A stretch of 64,000 nt of DNA from Squalus acanthias (taxonomy: Eukaryota), in assembly GCA_030390025.1 (NCBI GenBank), contig CM059447.1, forward strand, positions 27,590,001 to 27,654,000, given 5' to 3'. The notes under the pieces are model-generated. The model was not told the DNA's origin. It was given only the letters and a program-made list of their open reading frames with translations, and did no database searches. The translations under genes were made by a program, and so were the position numbers. How positions within the stretch are numbered: the stretch's first letter is position 1; each line of letters begins with the position of its first letter. Positions 1-12,546 of this stretch are shown here, in pieces.

Positions 1-268
1 AGGAGGAGCAGGAGTGCTTCCTCCCGGCCCCTCAAGCAAACCTTCTGCTGTGATCTCTCCCCCTCCTCACGATCTCTCTCCATGCACCCCTCCTTGATCT
101 CTTCCCTCCTGCCTCGCTGCCGCGATCCCAGACCCATCCCCCCCCCACCAACCCCCGATCTTCTCTGGTTGCTAATGAGGTCCAGCCGTTAAATTCGACA
201 GGGCCTCCGCTTCCCGGAATTTCCAGGTTTCCCAGCTGCAGACACGCCCCCTGTAAATATCGGGACCT
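1..268 (-). mobile_element. End of a GC-rich non-autonomous DNA transposon (MITE-like), cut off by the window edge; same family as 20403-21245
   Basis: The reverse complement (gcagctgggaaacctggaaattccggg...aggccctgtcgaatttaacggctggacctcatt) aligns by eye to 20449-20518 (gcagttgggaaacccaggagaacggg...aggccctgccgacattaacggcagggcctgattt). Both carry repeated GATCG-containing units. Confidence 0.55.
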
Positions 269-1384
269 TTAATTTTGACCCGAGTTAGAGCAATTTTGAT
301 ATAGAGTTTGAATTTGGCATTCATTCTTACTTTGCATATCAAGATAGGCCCTTGAGGCAATGTCACTTCTCTCTGAGATGGGCACTCCATTGCTAGTCAT
401 GAGGATATCAACGTGAGTGAATAAAACGTGCCCAGTTTGAAAGTCAATCAAGGCTCGGATTCAAATTTCGATTCTCACCACGCTACATAATTGCGTGATG
501 GGGCCACCAACATGTTCCCCTTCTGAAAAGGTAAATAAGCAGAATGTAATTCATATTGCTCTCGCAAATCTACTGACATACAAGCAAATAGAAATAGATT
601 TTATCATTTTATCGACATATATGACTTGGAGGGATGGATTTGTATTTGTTTATTTGGAGAGCAGGAAGCCTGGTTGCACATTGCTTCACTGAATTCCTGC
701 AGGCACCAGCAATAGGAAATGATGTTTATGTTAAAGAATACAAAGGCATTTTTATAAGAGGCTGCTTCCTAATGTTACTCATGTTCGTAAGTTATCTAAA
801 GGTCAGGGTACTAACAGTTAATGAACACCTGAAACTACTCTGATAGCTAGTCACTAAAAAGCAGTGTTTCGAGATTTTACAGTGCAGGATCAATGTGCCA
901 TGTCATTTAGTTTATGAGATTGAAACTTTTTTATTCCAAGGCCATGCAGGAGCGCTGTGCCCATTAGCAGGCAGGTAGTTAGCAAGCCCAGTGCTGATCT
1001 ATAAGGGCACTGGAAGACGACGAAAACCTGTGGAGTTTTACCACAGCAGAGGAGTGAACACCCAATGAAAAAGAGGCAAGGGAAGAATGAGGAGGGGAGA
1101 AAAAAGTATTCTTCAGAGTTCAGGTTTGAATTTGTCGTTTGGTGGTCCATAATCAAGGTATTTGTGAAATGTGACAACCAATTGGTTGAAACCATGAAAT
1201 GTGGATCAAGATGTGAAAACTATACTAAGGGTCAGAGGTAGGAACTGCCACGACTTTGAGTTGTTCCCAACAAATTCAACACATGAACTACAGTGAGAGT
1301 CGAATCTGCCCTCTTTCTCATAAGGCTGTCTGGGATTGTACATTGAAACAGCACAAAAGCAGCGACTGACTACCAAAGTTATCA

Positions 1385-1682
1385 GGGACCAGAGAGATGC
1401 ATTCTCTATCACCTGGTGCGGTACTGATGAGGAAAGTTCCAGGTTCAAACCCTGGTTTGTGCTGAATTGGTTGATTTTTTTTTTCCCCCGAGAGCGGCAG
1501 CAGGGGGGACTACAATTTCCATATCTTGGGCTAGATATGGAAAACAAACCATCCAGGGTTCTCATTCCTCACCATAATCCAGTGACGCATGCTGGAAAAT
1601 GCACATGTGGTAGCATAAGGTGATGGGGTCAGGCTTAGCTGTGATGCCTCACTCTTTGGTGAACAGTTTGCTGACACTCATG
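1385..1682 (+). mobile_element. Degenerate tRNA-derived SINE (unnamed family B)
   Basis: B-box-like ggttcaaacc followed by a body (ctacaatt...ccagggttctcattcct...ccagtgac..ctggaaa...ctgtgatgcc) that recurs at 11700-11995, 21250-21428, 30628-30875 and 39735-40078. Confidence 0.6.
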
Positions 1683-2502
1683 GTCAAGCCACAGGACATT
1701 TTTTTGTGCTGTCAGTGTCAGCATTTAAGGGTAGATTTTCCAAGTTCTCGTTCACCACCAATGCATATCGGGAAATATTTTCCCACAATTTTCTGACATG
1801 TACTGGCAGTAGGCAAGGGCCCAGGAATTCTATCCTTTAGTATGAGTATCAAGCCATTCTATACAAATAGTACTGTGATAGCAGTGGACGTAGTAGAGCT
1901 GTAACAACAGAATGTTACAGCAAAAACAACAAATAAGTTAACTCACATCTTTAAAATGTGGCCATAAACAATGACTATGGCCCCCAAATAATTATAGTTC
2001 TCCTATATCAGTCTTCACACGACTGTTGTCTTGAAATATTCAAAATTCTTTCTTTATGCAGTCATGTCCATTAAAGCAAGCATGCAACACCATTTAGCTA
2101 CGAATGAGTTAGACTTGACACATCATTTTCCAGGAGGGATTTCACACATATCAAGGCATCAGCAATGTGTGAACAATGATGCAGTAGAATTAAGGCTACT
2201 GGGGCCATCATTATATTTATGCTCAAATATTTTTGCCAAAGCAGTGTTTGAAGTTGGATGGGTTCTGGCAGGACGGTGAGTGAATGAACTGAATAGTAAT
2301 CCTTATTTATCAATTTCACAATCTGCAGCTGTATCCATAAAGCCTTAAAATCACTTCAAATAGCTTCGAAATGACTTTGTACAAGTTTGCTTAGTATTAA
2401 TGAGGACATCACAAAGTGTTTGTGGCAAATTTCATAGATTCATTACAAAGCCGTTTGTTTGTGCATACAAAACAAGGTTCTGCTGTGTAGGCAAGTCCAA
2501 AC

Positions 2503-2892
2503 AGAGGCTTAAATTTATATAGCACCTTATCACATCTCTCAGAAATGCGTTCCCAGACAATGAATTACTCTTGTTGTGGAGGCCAACACAGCAGCCATTT
2601 TGCAAACAGCAAGATCCCATACACAACAAGAAGATGAATTTTAGTTAATCTGTTTTTGGTTGAGGAAGGAATGTTGTCCAGGACACCAAGAGAACAGCAT
2701 GCTCTTCTTTGAATAGTGCCACTGGATCATCAATTTCCACCGTGACAGCCTGATGGAGCCTCGGTTTAACATCTCATTCAAACAACAACACCTACAAATG
2801 CAGCACTCCCTATCTCAAGTCCTATAGTTGGATTTGGACCCATAAAGTTCTGACTCAAAGGCAAAAACTGACACTAACTGAGCCAAGCTGAC
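2503..2892 (-). mobile_element. SacSINE1-like Deu-domain SINE, degenerate
   Basis: Collinear with the better copies at 21430 and 40601: L2-like tail at left, core cagcaagatcccatacac...gcctcggtttaacatctca, tRNA-like head at right. Confidence 0.75.
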
Positions 2893-3841
2893 CCTCAAGT
2901 GTTGACACTGGCAGAAAATGGAGACCAGCACAGCCAAGTGCAAAATGGCCAGGTGAGCGCTTGCAAAATAGGATGGTAACACTGCCAGACAGTGCAAAAT
3001 CCAGGTAAGAGAGTTCAAAGATGGGTCAATTCTAGAAAGATAGGGTGTAAATGAGTGATTGCGAACAAATTATCAATCGTAATTCTGAAATGGATAGGGT
3101 GCAGCTGACAGGTTAATCTTTATTAGCAAATCGTGATTAATAAGAAAACTTGAACACATTTTAATACAAATTTCATGGATCAACCAGTAACTATTTCTGT
3201 GTGCAGGGTTGGAGTCAGATTCACCATGCTGATGGTCCAAATAGAAACCATGATCTCGTCATCTGCAGATAGCTAAAGCTGCAAAGTGCAGATCAGTCCA
3301 ACATCAACTTTAGCAAGTCAACTCTGGAGAATTATAGGAATAAGAAACAATATTTGTTTCATCAGAATAATTTCAGTAGAGGCTTGGGAAGCAATCTAGT
3401 ATCTGTTACAACAGAGGTGGTTGTGTATATATAAAAAAGCCTAGTAGTGTGTGGTTTACCGAGTCCTGCAATTGAAAACTTGCAAAAGATCAAAACCTTA
3501 CAACTTCATTGCTTCATCGGCACAAGCCTGTACAGGCCTGAACCAAACATCTCCTGAACACCATTAACTTGCATCAGTTTGCACTGCTAACTGGATTTTT
3601 TACACATCTGTTTGGTATGGGCAGTCTGTAGCATGAATGGAATGGAATGGAATGCAGCTTTTTCCTGTTGTAATTATATTTATTAACAAATTTTGACATC
3701 GCTACAGTACAACTTATGTCATTCTTTTTGCGCCGGTCCTGAACAGCAACTGCAATACAGGGAGTTGCAGAAATTACACTCTGTGTTGTCACCAAAATAT
3801 TTTGCTATCAGCAAACTTGCACTAAGATTTATACAAAAAGA

Positions 3842-4052
3842 AAATACTGCAGATGCTGCAAATCTGAAATAAAAACAGAAAATGCTGGAGATACTCAGCA
3901 GGTCAGGCAGCATCTGTGAAGAGAGAAACAGAGTTAACGTTTCAGGTCGATGACGACTGACGAAAGGTCATCGACCTGAAACGTTAACTCTGTTTCTCTC
4001 TTCACAGATGCTGCCTGACCTGCTGAGTATCTCCAGCATTTTCTGTTTTTAT
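3842..4052. repeat. Penelope-type foldback repeat with perfect 86-bp inverted arms (3869-3954 / 3967-4052) and a hammerhead-like core
   Basis: The arms are exact reverse complements around the 12-nt spacer gactgacgaaag. The core CTGACGA-A-AGGTC-ATC-GACCT-GAAAC-GTT lies at 3957-3985. Confidence 0.8.
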
Positions 4053-5714
4053 GGCCCTAAGATTTTACTTGCAGACACTTTGGAAAAGTCTCAACCTGTT
4101 CAGGCATTTTCTGTTGCTCCAAGCTGTTTTAGAATGTTTGTGTCATTTCAGTAGCACAAGGAACAATCTTTGGGGGTGATTTAAATCACAATATTATGTC
4201 AACAGTATTCCATCCCCACATCTTCCGCGTTATTTTTCTTTCCTCCATTTTAGGTTTCCCCATAACTCACCGTATTTTCCAGTGAGTGGAACAGACAGGA
4301 AGCAACCTCCCAGGCATTTATCAGCATCACTTATTAACCAGCCTCTCGAAGGTGCATGAGAATTACTAGGGTACAGTGTGAATCTATAATAATTCAATGT
4401 CACAGGGGGATTGGGCAATTTGACTTTTCACTATGCATCTGGTCAATTCTTATGGATACTCTGCAGTGAATTTCTGCAATTGTTACCTTTCCTTCCTTGA
4501 TGATTTCTTCTTCTTTCAGTTAGCCACAGGAGTCTGCCGAGTTTGGTTAGAAACAACTTTTATTTCCCACTGAGGTGATTTAATTGAGTTGACCACATTA
4601 TAGTTATTGAATAAAGAACAGATCAAAAATTACAGACGTTGAATAATCTGCCTTGCCTTACCTCCTGCCCGGCTGAATGTACAAAATAAAAAATTCTAAA
4701 CAAATTATAATATCTTTGAGAGAGCTAAATGGAACCAACTCTTCGGCCAGCTATCACCCAACAAACTGCTCCATCAGATTGGAGGCTGGGCTTTTATTGT
4801 AAGAATTAAACACCACACAATTGCAGGCAGCCCTCAAATTTCCATTCATTAATTCGAGTGGATGGACAATCATGGGCCGTGTGTCAGCAGTTTCCCAATG
4901 TACACTCCGGCAGGCAAGGCTCTGAGTTAGGAATGCTTAACCAAAAGAAGACCCTACTCAATAACACATTTAAACACCATGGTCCAAAAATTTGTGGGAG
5001 GGCGGAAGTGTTGCGATGCCCCCTACCCAGGACCTCTATCACTGAGCCTGGGAAAGCTTGCAAGGTCAGAGGGAAGTCTCTTAGATTTAATACCACTGGC
5101 AGGTCCCTGCACCACTAAGGTTGCCTCAAGGCATCTGCCTGTCCCAATGGGATTGCTGCTGGAAGCACAATGACGTTCCCCTCGGAATGAACTACAATGT
5201 GCCTCCTGTGACCTCTTTGCAAGGAGGACCTATTGAAATATATATATTTTTTAAAGAAAACTTTTTTCCACTAGCCTGGCCTAGACCGCCAGATGGACTC
5301 CAATTCTGCCCATTTAATGGCCTGGTGCACCTGGTTTCATCAGGCCCAGACATACGACTGCCTATGTCTTATCCCTTTGAGGGTTGAAGATGTGGAAACA
5401 CTTCTCGTAGGGAGTCCCCAACCTGCCCCATCCTACTCTGATGACCACGTTTAGGTTGGGCTTTGCCCCTTACAAAGGCTGCAAGAAACTCCAAATTAAA
5501 GGGTAGAAGAACCAAGCTTAACTGGGTCCTAATCTAATTTGCTAGCTTTTCAGCGCATTTCCACCAGAGTTACAGTGAGAGTGTGTTGGAAGGGCTACGA
5601 CTGTTTGGCTCCAACTTTTCTAGCTTGATACCTTCATCCAGACTACAATTTATGCTTTTTTTTTCATTTTAACCCAATACTGAACATAGATTAGTAGTCA
5701 TACTGAGATTCATT

Positions 5715-6180
5715 TAAGTGACCAATCTTCTTGCAGGCTTAATAGCACTCCTTGGATAACTTCTGCTAACAGTATGAAGTGGATTTACATGGTACGTTCC
5801 TCTATTCGTTTCAGTATGCTGAAGCTCTAGTCTGTCTCGAATCCTTAACATTGAAGTTTATATCAGCAGCATCAGATGTTGCTAATGGCACAGATTCAGT
5901 TTCAGAGTCAGATTTAGAGTCACTCTGAGTTCCATCACAGCTTGGGGCTTATTGCTGCTCTGATCTATATCTGAGGTTTTTTTCCCAGACAATACTTCTG
6001 GCACTTCCAAAGCTTCAAAGTAGCGACTTATATCATGCAGCACCCTTTCTTCAGTTTAATTCTTACCGTCTTCAGTTTGTACTTCTGGAAATGAAAACTA
6101 GTCCCTTCACTCTGAACTCTCAATTTGATTTTTTCCATTTATCAAGACCGATGTTTGGTCGTCTTCTCCGTCACTCCAGG
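5715..6180 (-). pseudogene. Possible highly decayed Gypsy-type LTR retrotransposon pol/integrase C-terminal remnant
   Basis: Minus-strand fragments translate to EVQTEDGK and RSAIKPARRL. These resemble the SYEVQTEDG and RSGRxIKPPxRL motifs at the end of Gypsy pol. There are many stops and no LTRs were seen. Confidence 0.35.
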
Positions 6181-6420
6181 GAAGGAGATTAGCATGAATC
6201 ACTAGGCTTCTATGTAACTCTTTACCCTCTGTTACATGAATCATTCTGTGTACTGGGATTTAAGTGTGCCTCCCAACTGCTTGATACATAGTGAATTTGG
6301 GAACTTGCATTATGGGGAAAATCTTGGGCTTAATGTTTGCATATTTAGACAAGGTAGCAAAAATGGCGTGCAGCACAAATAGATTTAAACTGAAAAGACA
6401 GACCTTTGCTTGCTGGCCTC

Positions 6421-6990
6421 CTTTATAAATCTCTGGTTAGATCTCAACTAGAGTATTGTGTCTAATTCTGGGCACCACACTTTAGGAAGGATGTCAAGGC
6501 CTTGGAGAGGGTACAGAGGAGATTTACCAGAATGGTACCAGGGATGAGGGACTTTAGTTATATGGAGAGACCAGAGAAGCTGGGATTGTTCTCCTTAGAG
6601 CAGAGAAGGTTATGGGGAGATTTAATAGAAGTATTCAAAATTATGAGGGGTTTTGATAGAGTAGATAAGGAGAAACTGTTTCCACTGGCAGGAGGGTTGG
6701 TAACCAGAGGACACAGATTTAAGATAATTGGCAAAAAATCCAGTGGGTAATGGGGAGAGATATTTTTACACAACGAGTTGTTACAATCTGGAATGCTCTA
6801 CCTGAAAGGGTGGTGGAAGCAGATTCAGTAGTAACTTTCAAAAGGGAATTGGATAAATGCTTCAAAAGGAGAAAATTTTAGGGCTATGGGGAAAGAGCAG
6901 GGGAGTGGGACTAATTGGATAGTTCTTTCAAAGAGCCAGTATGGCATGTTGGGTCGAATGGCCTCCTTCTATGCTGTATGATACTATGAA
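6421..6990 (+). mobile_element. CR1 LINE 3' fragment (ORF2 C-terminus plus 3' UTR)
   Basis: Encodes ERVQRRFTRMVPGM...LGLFSLEQRRLWGDLIEVFKIMRGFDRVD...TRGH, matching the end of the CR1 ORF2 at 53950-54398. It ends in the typical gaatggcctccttctatgctgtatga tail. Confidence 0.92.
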
Positions 6991-7010
6991 AACTGAATGT
7001 TATAATGTAA

Positions 7011-7420
7011 GAAAGAACTTGTGTTTATATTGCACCATTAACATCTTCAGAACTTCACAGCCAATGTATTAGTTCAGAAGTGAAGCCATTGTTTTGTAGC
7101 CAAACAGAGCAGCCAGTTTTCAAAGAACAAGGTTCTCCAAACAGTTTTTGGTAATGTTGAGGGATGAATGTTGGCCAGGACAGCGGGAGAAGTTCCCACA
7201 TTGTTAGAATACTGCCATAGAATCTTTTACATCCATCTGAACAGGCAGATGGGGTCTCGGTTTAACATCCCATACAAAAGACTGCTCCTCTGACAATGTA
7301 GTATTCCCCAAGGACTCCACAGATGTGTCAGCCTAGATTATATGCCCGAGTCCTGGAGTCAGGCTTGAACCCACGGCCTTCTGACTCAAAAGTGTGAACA
7401 CTACCACTAAGCCAAGCTTG
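7011..7420 (-). mobile_element. SacSINE1-like Deu-domain SINE, near full length
   Basis: The reverse-complement head has an A-box (TGGCTTAGTGG) and a B-box (GGTTCAAGCC). The core is shared with the other copies and there is an L2-like tail. Confidence 0.85.
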
Positions 7421-8560
7421 CAATGTGCCGGAGAATTAGAAATTTGTACAAAAATGAAAGAATATTTCTCAACTGACTCCTACCATTCAGTCAAATATCT
7501 TGTCAGATACTTTAGCTGGTGTGTAAACAGAAGAGCTTACAAAGGCACCATTCTGTAAGCATCACACCCATTACTATGGATTTGTCCATTTTAATTCTAT
7601 ACAAAGACTAAGAAGAAGGTTTTGGAAATCGTACTGCAGTAGATGCATTGGCAGACAATATGATAAACATTGAGCATAATGTTTGGAATGGAGGAAATAT
7701 GTTTTGATCAAAAATGTTCCAATATGATGGCAGTACCCTCTTAATTAGATTTTTGATATTAATATAGTCTAATATGCGACTAAATGAAATTCATGTTTTT
7801 AATCCATATCCTCTTCTCTCACACATGTCTGTAGCAACCATTATATCATGTAAGCTGAATATGAATTGGCCCTCTCCTGGATAGGTAACAGACTGAAGAA
7901 TCAATACTACACTTCTGCTGCTTAAAAAAAAAACACATTGTCGACATAGAGGGGACACATTAAAAGTCCCATTATGCAGACAGGCAGCTGGAGGGGATTT
8001 AGTTCAATTTGATGTAAATGAACTTCACTTATATAAACTGCACCCATCTGGCTGGTGCATTGAAATCACATCACACTGAAATAGTAGTTAAACCAAGCAT
8101 GCACCATGTAACCTCTGACCTATAATTTCTCACAGTAGTTTTTTAAAGATCTACCATTGCCAATTATTAGCATAGTCTTTATAATTGAATTGATAGGTCC
8201 ATTAGAATTTTGCACTCCAAAATATATGAGACACAGGATGATCTACTCATATTTTACAAATACCAACTAATTCTATTGTCCATGTTGACCAGTTCAGCCA
8301 CACCCTACTATTGAAGTAGATGTGAAAGCAGAAAAGAAACAAGTGACCAATCTTTGAATCTTTGGGGAGGGAGGGGAACAGGGATAGCATCCAAACTCTG
8401 ATACTCGAGGTGTGACTGACGGTCACTAAAGTCTATGGAGCAATTTCCTCATGTGTATTCCACTGGGGCTTAGGCAGCACACATTCTTCAGTGGTGCTAA
8501 AATTACTCTGACAGGGGTGATTTTACCTGTGCTAAGGAGTTTGGGCAACACCAAGGCCCA

Positions 8561-9258
8561 AGACGCAAAATTCGGTTACGCCCATTTGGGAGCGGTAACC
8601 GAGTTAAGGCCGGACATTTAGCGCCTGGCGCGGAAGTACCGCCCCGCACAGGAAGTGGAGCACAATCTCGGGTGCTCCACTTCCTGGTGGGGCGGTAACC
8701 AAGGCGATGTCGGGGCGCGATCGGCAGCACTCAGCGGAGCACTGCCATGTTTCAGCACCTCTCCCCTTCAGTTAAAGGGGAGGTCCGCTGCGCACACTGC
8801 AGGGCCTCTGATGGCCCCAACTAGGCCACCAGGGCGCCGTGGTGCCGGGCTGCGCGATGGCGGCCAGGACCACACCACGGCCCACCACAGAGGGCCGACC
8901 TGGAGGTCAGCCAATAAAAGAAAATGGCGGCGCGGGTCGCGGCCGCACCTCCCCTTTAAATACCGCCCCGTGAGCAGAGGTCAGCCCAGCTCGCGACCCG
9001 CGAGGTTGGCACTGACATCGCCCATGGTAGCCTCGCGGGGCGCAGCCAAATTTCTGCTGCAGGGCAGTAAGGGGCCGCAGCTCATGGCGATGATGTCATC
9101 GCCAGTGGCGCAGCGGTCCGGGGCGCTATCGGGTAGCGCCTCAGCAACGTGCAGCCGAATTTCTCAGGAGGCGCTTTTTTTCGCCCCCCGGGCGATAAGC
9201 CCTTTGCACCCCCGGAGGCACTAACAGCAGGCGCAAAGGAGTCAAATTTCTGGCCCCC
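8561..9258. mobile_element. GC/CpG-rich non-autonomous DNA transposon (Harbinger-like MITE)
   Basis: Sharp GC-rich block ending aaatttctggccccc. It is an inverted relative of 19694-20390, sharing accgctgcgcc(a/g)ctggcgatgacatcat(c/t)gccatg. Confidence 0.7.
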
Positions 9259-10370
9259 TGTGTTTTACCCAAGCAGAAGGCAAGAATTTGATGGATACAT
9301 ATCCATTAGCGGACAGTGCTCCTCATTCTCAAATCGACTAGTCAGATACATCCTCACATTAAGGCCACATTCCCACTCTCATACTTAGGACTAAATGGGC
9401 TTATGACTACTATAAGGATTCATAGCTCCCTGTCCACTAGACTATGAGATTGAAAAAAAAGCAAACCTTGCGCAGGGCAATAGCTATATGCTTGAGCACA
9501 TGTGCACGGGCATTTTATTCAAAAGGACCGGCACCCTCATATGTGAATCACGGCAAACTTGGATTTTTCTGAATAAATTTAAAAAGAAAATAATTTTAAA
9601 CTAGCTGAGATTTCTGTCTCAGACTGGGTGCTCTTCTTGACAGGGGTTGTTCTATTCTTTGAGAATCAAAGCAAAACTAACATTGCACGTTTCCTAGTTT
9701 GGACTGAGATTCTTCCCAGCCAATTACAGAGCAACACTATTAAAGAGTCCTGGAGGTGTATGCGGCCTAACCCCTCGAGCTGGAACAAGTTACATACTGG
9801 CAAACTGCCTGGAAAAGGGTGATAGTATAATAAAAATGAGATTAAAAATCAGCAGGAACAGGGAACTGCTTGTTTCAATTTGTGAGGCGAGGGAATTGAA
9901 GCAAAATGAAGCAAACAAATATCCTTGACTGCTTCACTTATCTCGAAATCTCAAAATGATCTCAAACTATGGCAAAAGAATCTCCACGCTGTTCAGTTTT
10001 TGCTGCTTATAAATATCTACACTGAATATATTCACTTGCACAGCAACTGCAATTGGATTTGAATTGGGGTAAAATACATTCTTGTTAGGTCAATCATAAA
10101 CCCTTGAAACATATGTATGAAAAATTAAGTGAATTAGCGGGAATATAATACCAGGCCCGGTTTTAAAAATCAAACTACAAATTATAATTAACATCCTCGT
10201 CTTTTGCTTCATCCATTTCTGCTGATTTTTGTTGTTTCGTTAAATAGTGAGAACTGATGACATAACCGAAGGATATCCGCTTCCTAAAGGTGCCTAAGGG
10301 AGCGAAATTCTCACTAGCTGAGATATAGTTTCAAACTCCGCAATGAACTATGCGTGAATTCAACTCCCTC

Positions 10371-10698
10371 AACAACAACTTTCATTTAGAAAGTGAATTT
10401 AGCAGAGAAAATTGCCACAAAGCGCTTTGCAGAGTTTAAGAAAAATAGACGCCGAGCCAAAGACGGAGGTGGGTTTTAAGGGGAGTCTAAAAGGAGGCGA
10501 GAAAGGTGAAGAAGTGGAAACATTTATGTAAGGCATTCCAGAGCGTGGGACCTTGGTAGCTGAAGGCATGGTAACCAATGGTGGGGCAAAGAGAAGGGGC
10601 AAAGCACAAGGGGCTGGAGTCAGAGGAATGGAGAGTTCGGGGGGTGGGCGGGAAGGGGATTATAGAGCTAGGCTTAGGGAGGTAGTAGAGCAAAGGCA
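10371..10698 (-). mobile_element. L2 LINE 3' fragment, degenerate
   Basis: (aac)n tail at left. The reverse complement aligns to the L2 3' end at 17640-17946 (accattggt..catgccttcagct...ctctggaat). Confidence 0.75.
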
Positions 10699-11003
10699 CC
10701 TGGAGTTTTCTCTACCCTCCAGGATCATCCAAGAAGAATGATACTGACAGGCTGAGTAACCCATCCAAGCCACAAAGAAGGTAATTTTCATTGACTGGAA
10801 TGAACAGAACAAAAGGACTGTTACTATTGATCACAAATCTTTATAATTTTGGTTTTCAAAAGGGAAGCTGCCTCTCTGAACAGCTGAATAATATCTTTTC
10901 TGCTGCAGAACATAAATTTAACATACATAAAAATATAAGAAATTGGAAATTTAGAGTTTTTCTAGACACCCATAATTCTTCTCTCAATTAAATATATTAT
11001 ATA

Positions 11004-11238
11004 AACTTCACACAAAGAGTAGTGGAAATCTGGAACTCTCTCCCCCAAAAAGCTGTGGAGGCCAGGACAATTGAAATATTTCAAAACTGAGATTGATAGA
11101 TTTTTGTTAGGTAAAAGTGTGAAGGTACAAGGAATCAAGGAGGGTAAATGGAGTTAAGATACAGATCAGCAGTGATCTAACTGAATGATGGAACAGGCTC
11201 GAGGAGCTGAATGGCCTACTACTGATCCTATGTTCCTA
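11004..11238 (+). mobile_element. CR1 LINE 3' terminal fragment
   Basis: ttcacacaaagagtagtggaaatctggaactctctcccc (FTQRVVEIWNSLP) followed by a 3' UTR ending gaatggcctact..cctatgttccta. Confidence 0.85.
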
Positions 11239-11394
11239 ACTGAATAAGCGTGAATTAAAATATCGGTAGGTTCTTAGGCCACCTGGCATTTATTGCTATG
11301 GCATTTTGCATCAATAAATATTTTGCAAATCCACCTGTGTTTCTCCTCCTTCTTTTTCTTATTCTGTAATTTCTGCCAGTGTGTTTTGCGCCAG

Positions 11395-11555
11395 TACTTC
11401 CATCTCCGTACCATCGCCCCTGCCTCAGCTCATCCGCTGCTGGAACTCTCATCCATGCCTTTGTTACCTCTAGACTCGACTATTCCAGTGCTCTCCTGGC
11501 CGGCCTCCCACCTTGCACCCTCCGTAAACTCGAGCTCAGTCAAACTCTGCTGCCC
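11395..11555 (+). mobile_element. L2 LINE internal fragment
   Basis: Encodes TLIHAFVTSRLDYSSALLAGLP, the conserved L2 ORF2 C-terminal motif. Confidence 0.88.
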
Positions 11556-11699
11556 GAATCGTGGGTGGGCAACTGTGCTTGTTTTAGTGCTGCTGGGGCA
11601 CCTGCAGGAGGGATTTTGCTCTGTGCCTTGCCACAGAACAAAAGGAATGGCTGTGCCAGCTGACGATCTTAAGGAGTTTGTTTTAATGCCAACATGTGT

Positions 11700-11995
11700 G
11701 AGCCAAGACTGTTAGTGTTGGCGGACTACGCAACTTCAGTTGAAGTCGGTTCTGTCCTCGTCTGATGGCCACAGACATGCACTTCCAGCAGGGATGACCG
11801 GGTAGTGAGCAGCAGTGGGAACCTTGGCCAAATTTTCATTCCCTGCTTCAGGTTCTCTGAAGCCAATTCTTGCATCTCTACTGACACCTTGGCTGAAATC
11901 AGCTAACTTAGCACAGACTGGGAATCAAGCTTGGGATTTTCCTGATCTGTATGGTTCACTTACTCACCATTTTAATATGCTAATTCGCTGGGAAA
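11700..11995 (-). mobile_element. Degenerate tRNA-derived SINE (family B)
   Basis: ggctgaaatcagctaacttagcacagactgggaatcaagcttgggattttcctgatctgtatggttca is the reverse complement of the family B head seen at 1385 and 30628. Confidence 0.65.
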
Positions 11996-12261
11996 GCCGA
12001 GCAGCTTTTTTTTAAGAAAGTGAAGCAACACTTTAACAAGCATTGCGCTTGATTTGGATCTCACACCAAAGTCTGAAGTGGCTCCTATCCAATTTGGGAG
12101 TACAGGCATATCGGCTGAGTTTAGGACATTCAATTACCCCTTGGAGTCATCAAAATTAGGAAGAACATTCAACATTCATTTGATAACAGAGGGAATTTTC
12201 ATCTCATTAGACTGCACTAGATTGAATCTGAGTGAGTGTGAGTGTGAGTGAGTGAAAGGAA

Positions 12262-12546
12262 GACTGGCTTGCATTTATATAGCGCCTTTCATGACCTCAG
12301 GACGTCCCAAAATGCTTTACAACCAATGAAGTACTTTTGAAGTGTCGTCACTGTTGTAATGTAGGAAATACGACAGCCAATTTGCACACAGCAAGATCCC
12401 ACAAACAGCAATGAGATAATGACCAGATAATCTGTTTTACTGATGTTGGTTGAGGGATAAATATTCATCAGAACACCGAGGAGAATTCCCTTGCTCTTTT
12501 TTGAATAGCTCCATGGGATCTTTTACGTCCACCTGAAAGGCCAGAC
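12262..12546 (-). mobile_element. SacSINE1-like SINE, 5'-truncated
   Basis: High identity to 21430-21720 (cttgcatttatatagcgcctttcatgacctcaggacgtccc...gggatcttttacgtccacctga). Confidence 0.9.

Noticed and set aside
3869-4052. Possible pre-miRNA or rho-independent terminator
   Set aside because: The perfect long arms and degenerate dispersed copies (35575, 49830) indicate a transposon-derived foldback. Bacterial terminators do not apply in this context.
7360-7420. tRNA-like A and B boxes here and at 32132-32192
   Set aside because: They are SINE heads continuous with SINE bodies, and no complete cloverleaf is evident.
8503-9388. 189-aa ORF and CpG-island-like block suggesting a promoter or first exon
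   Set aside because: It coincides with a GC-rich MITE that has an inverted relative at 19694-20390. GC richness explains the lack of stops.
12228-12256. (GAGT/GTGA)n tract and several poly-A/poly-C runs elsewhere
   Set aside because: These are ordinary microsatellites and homopolymers.
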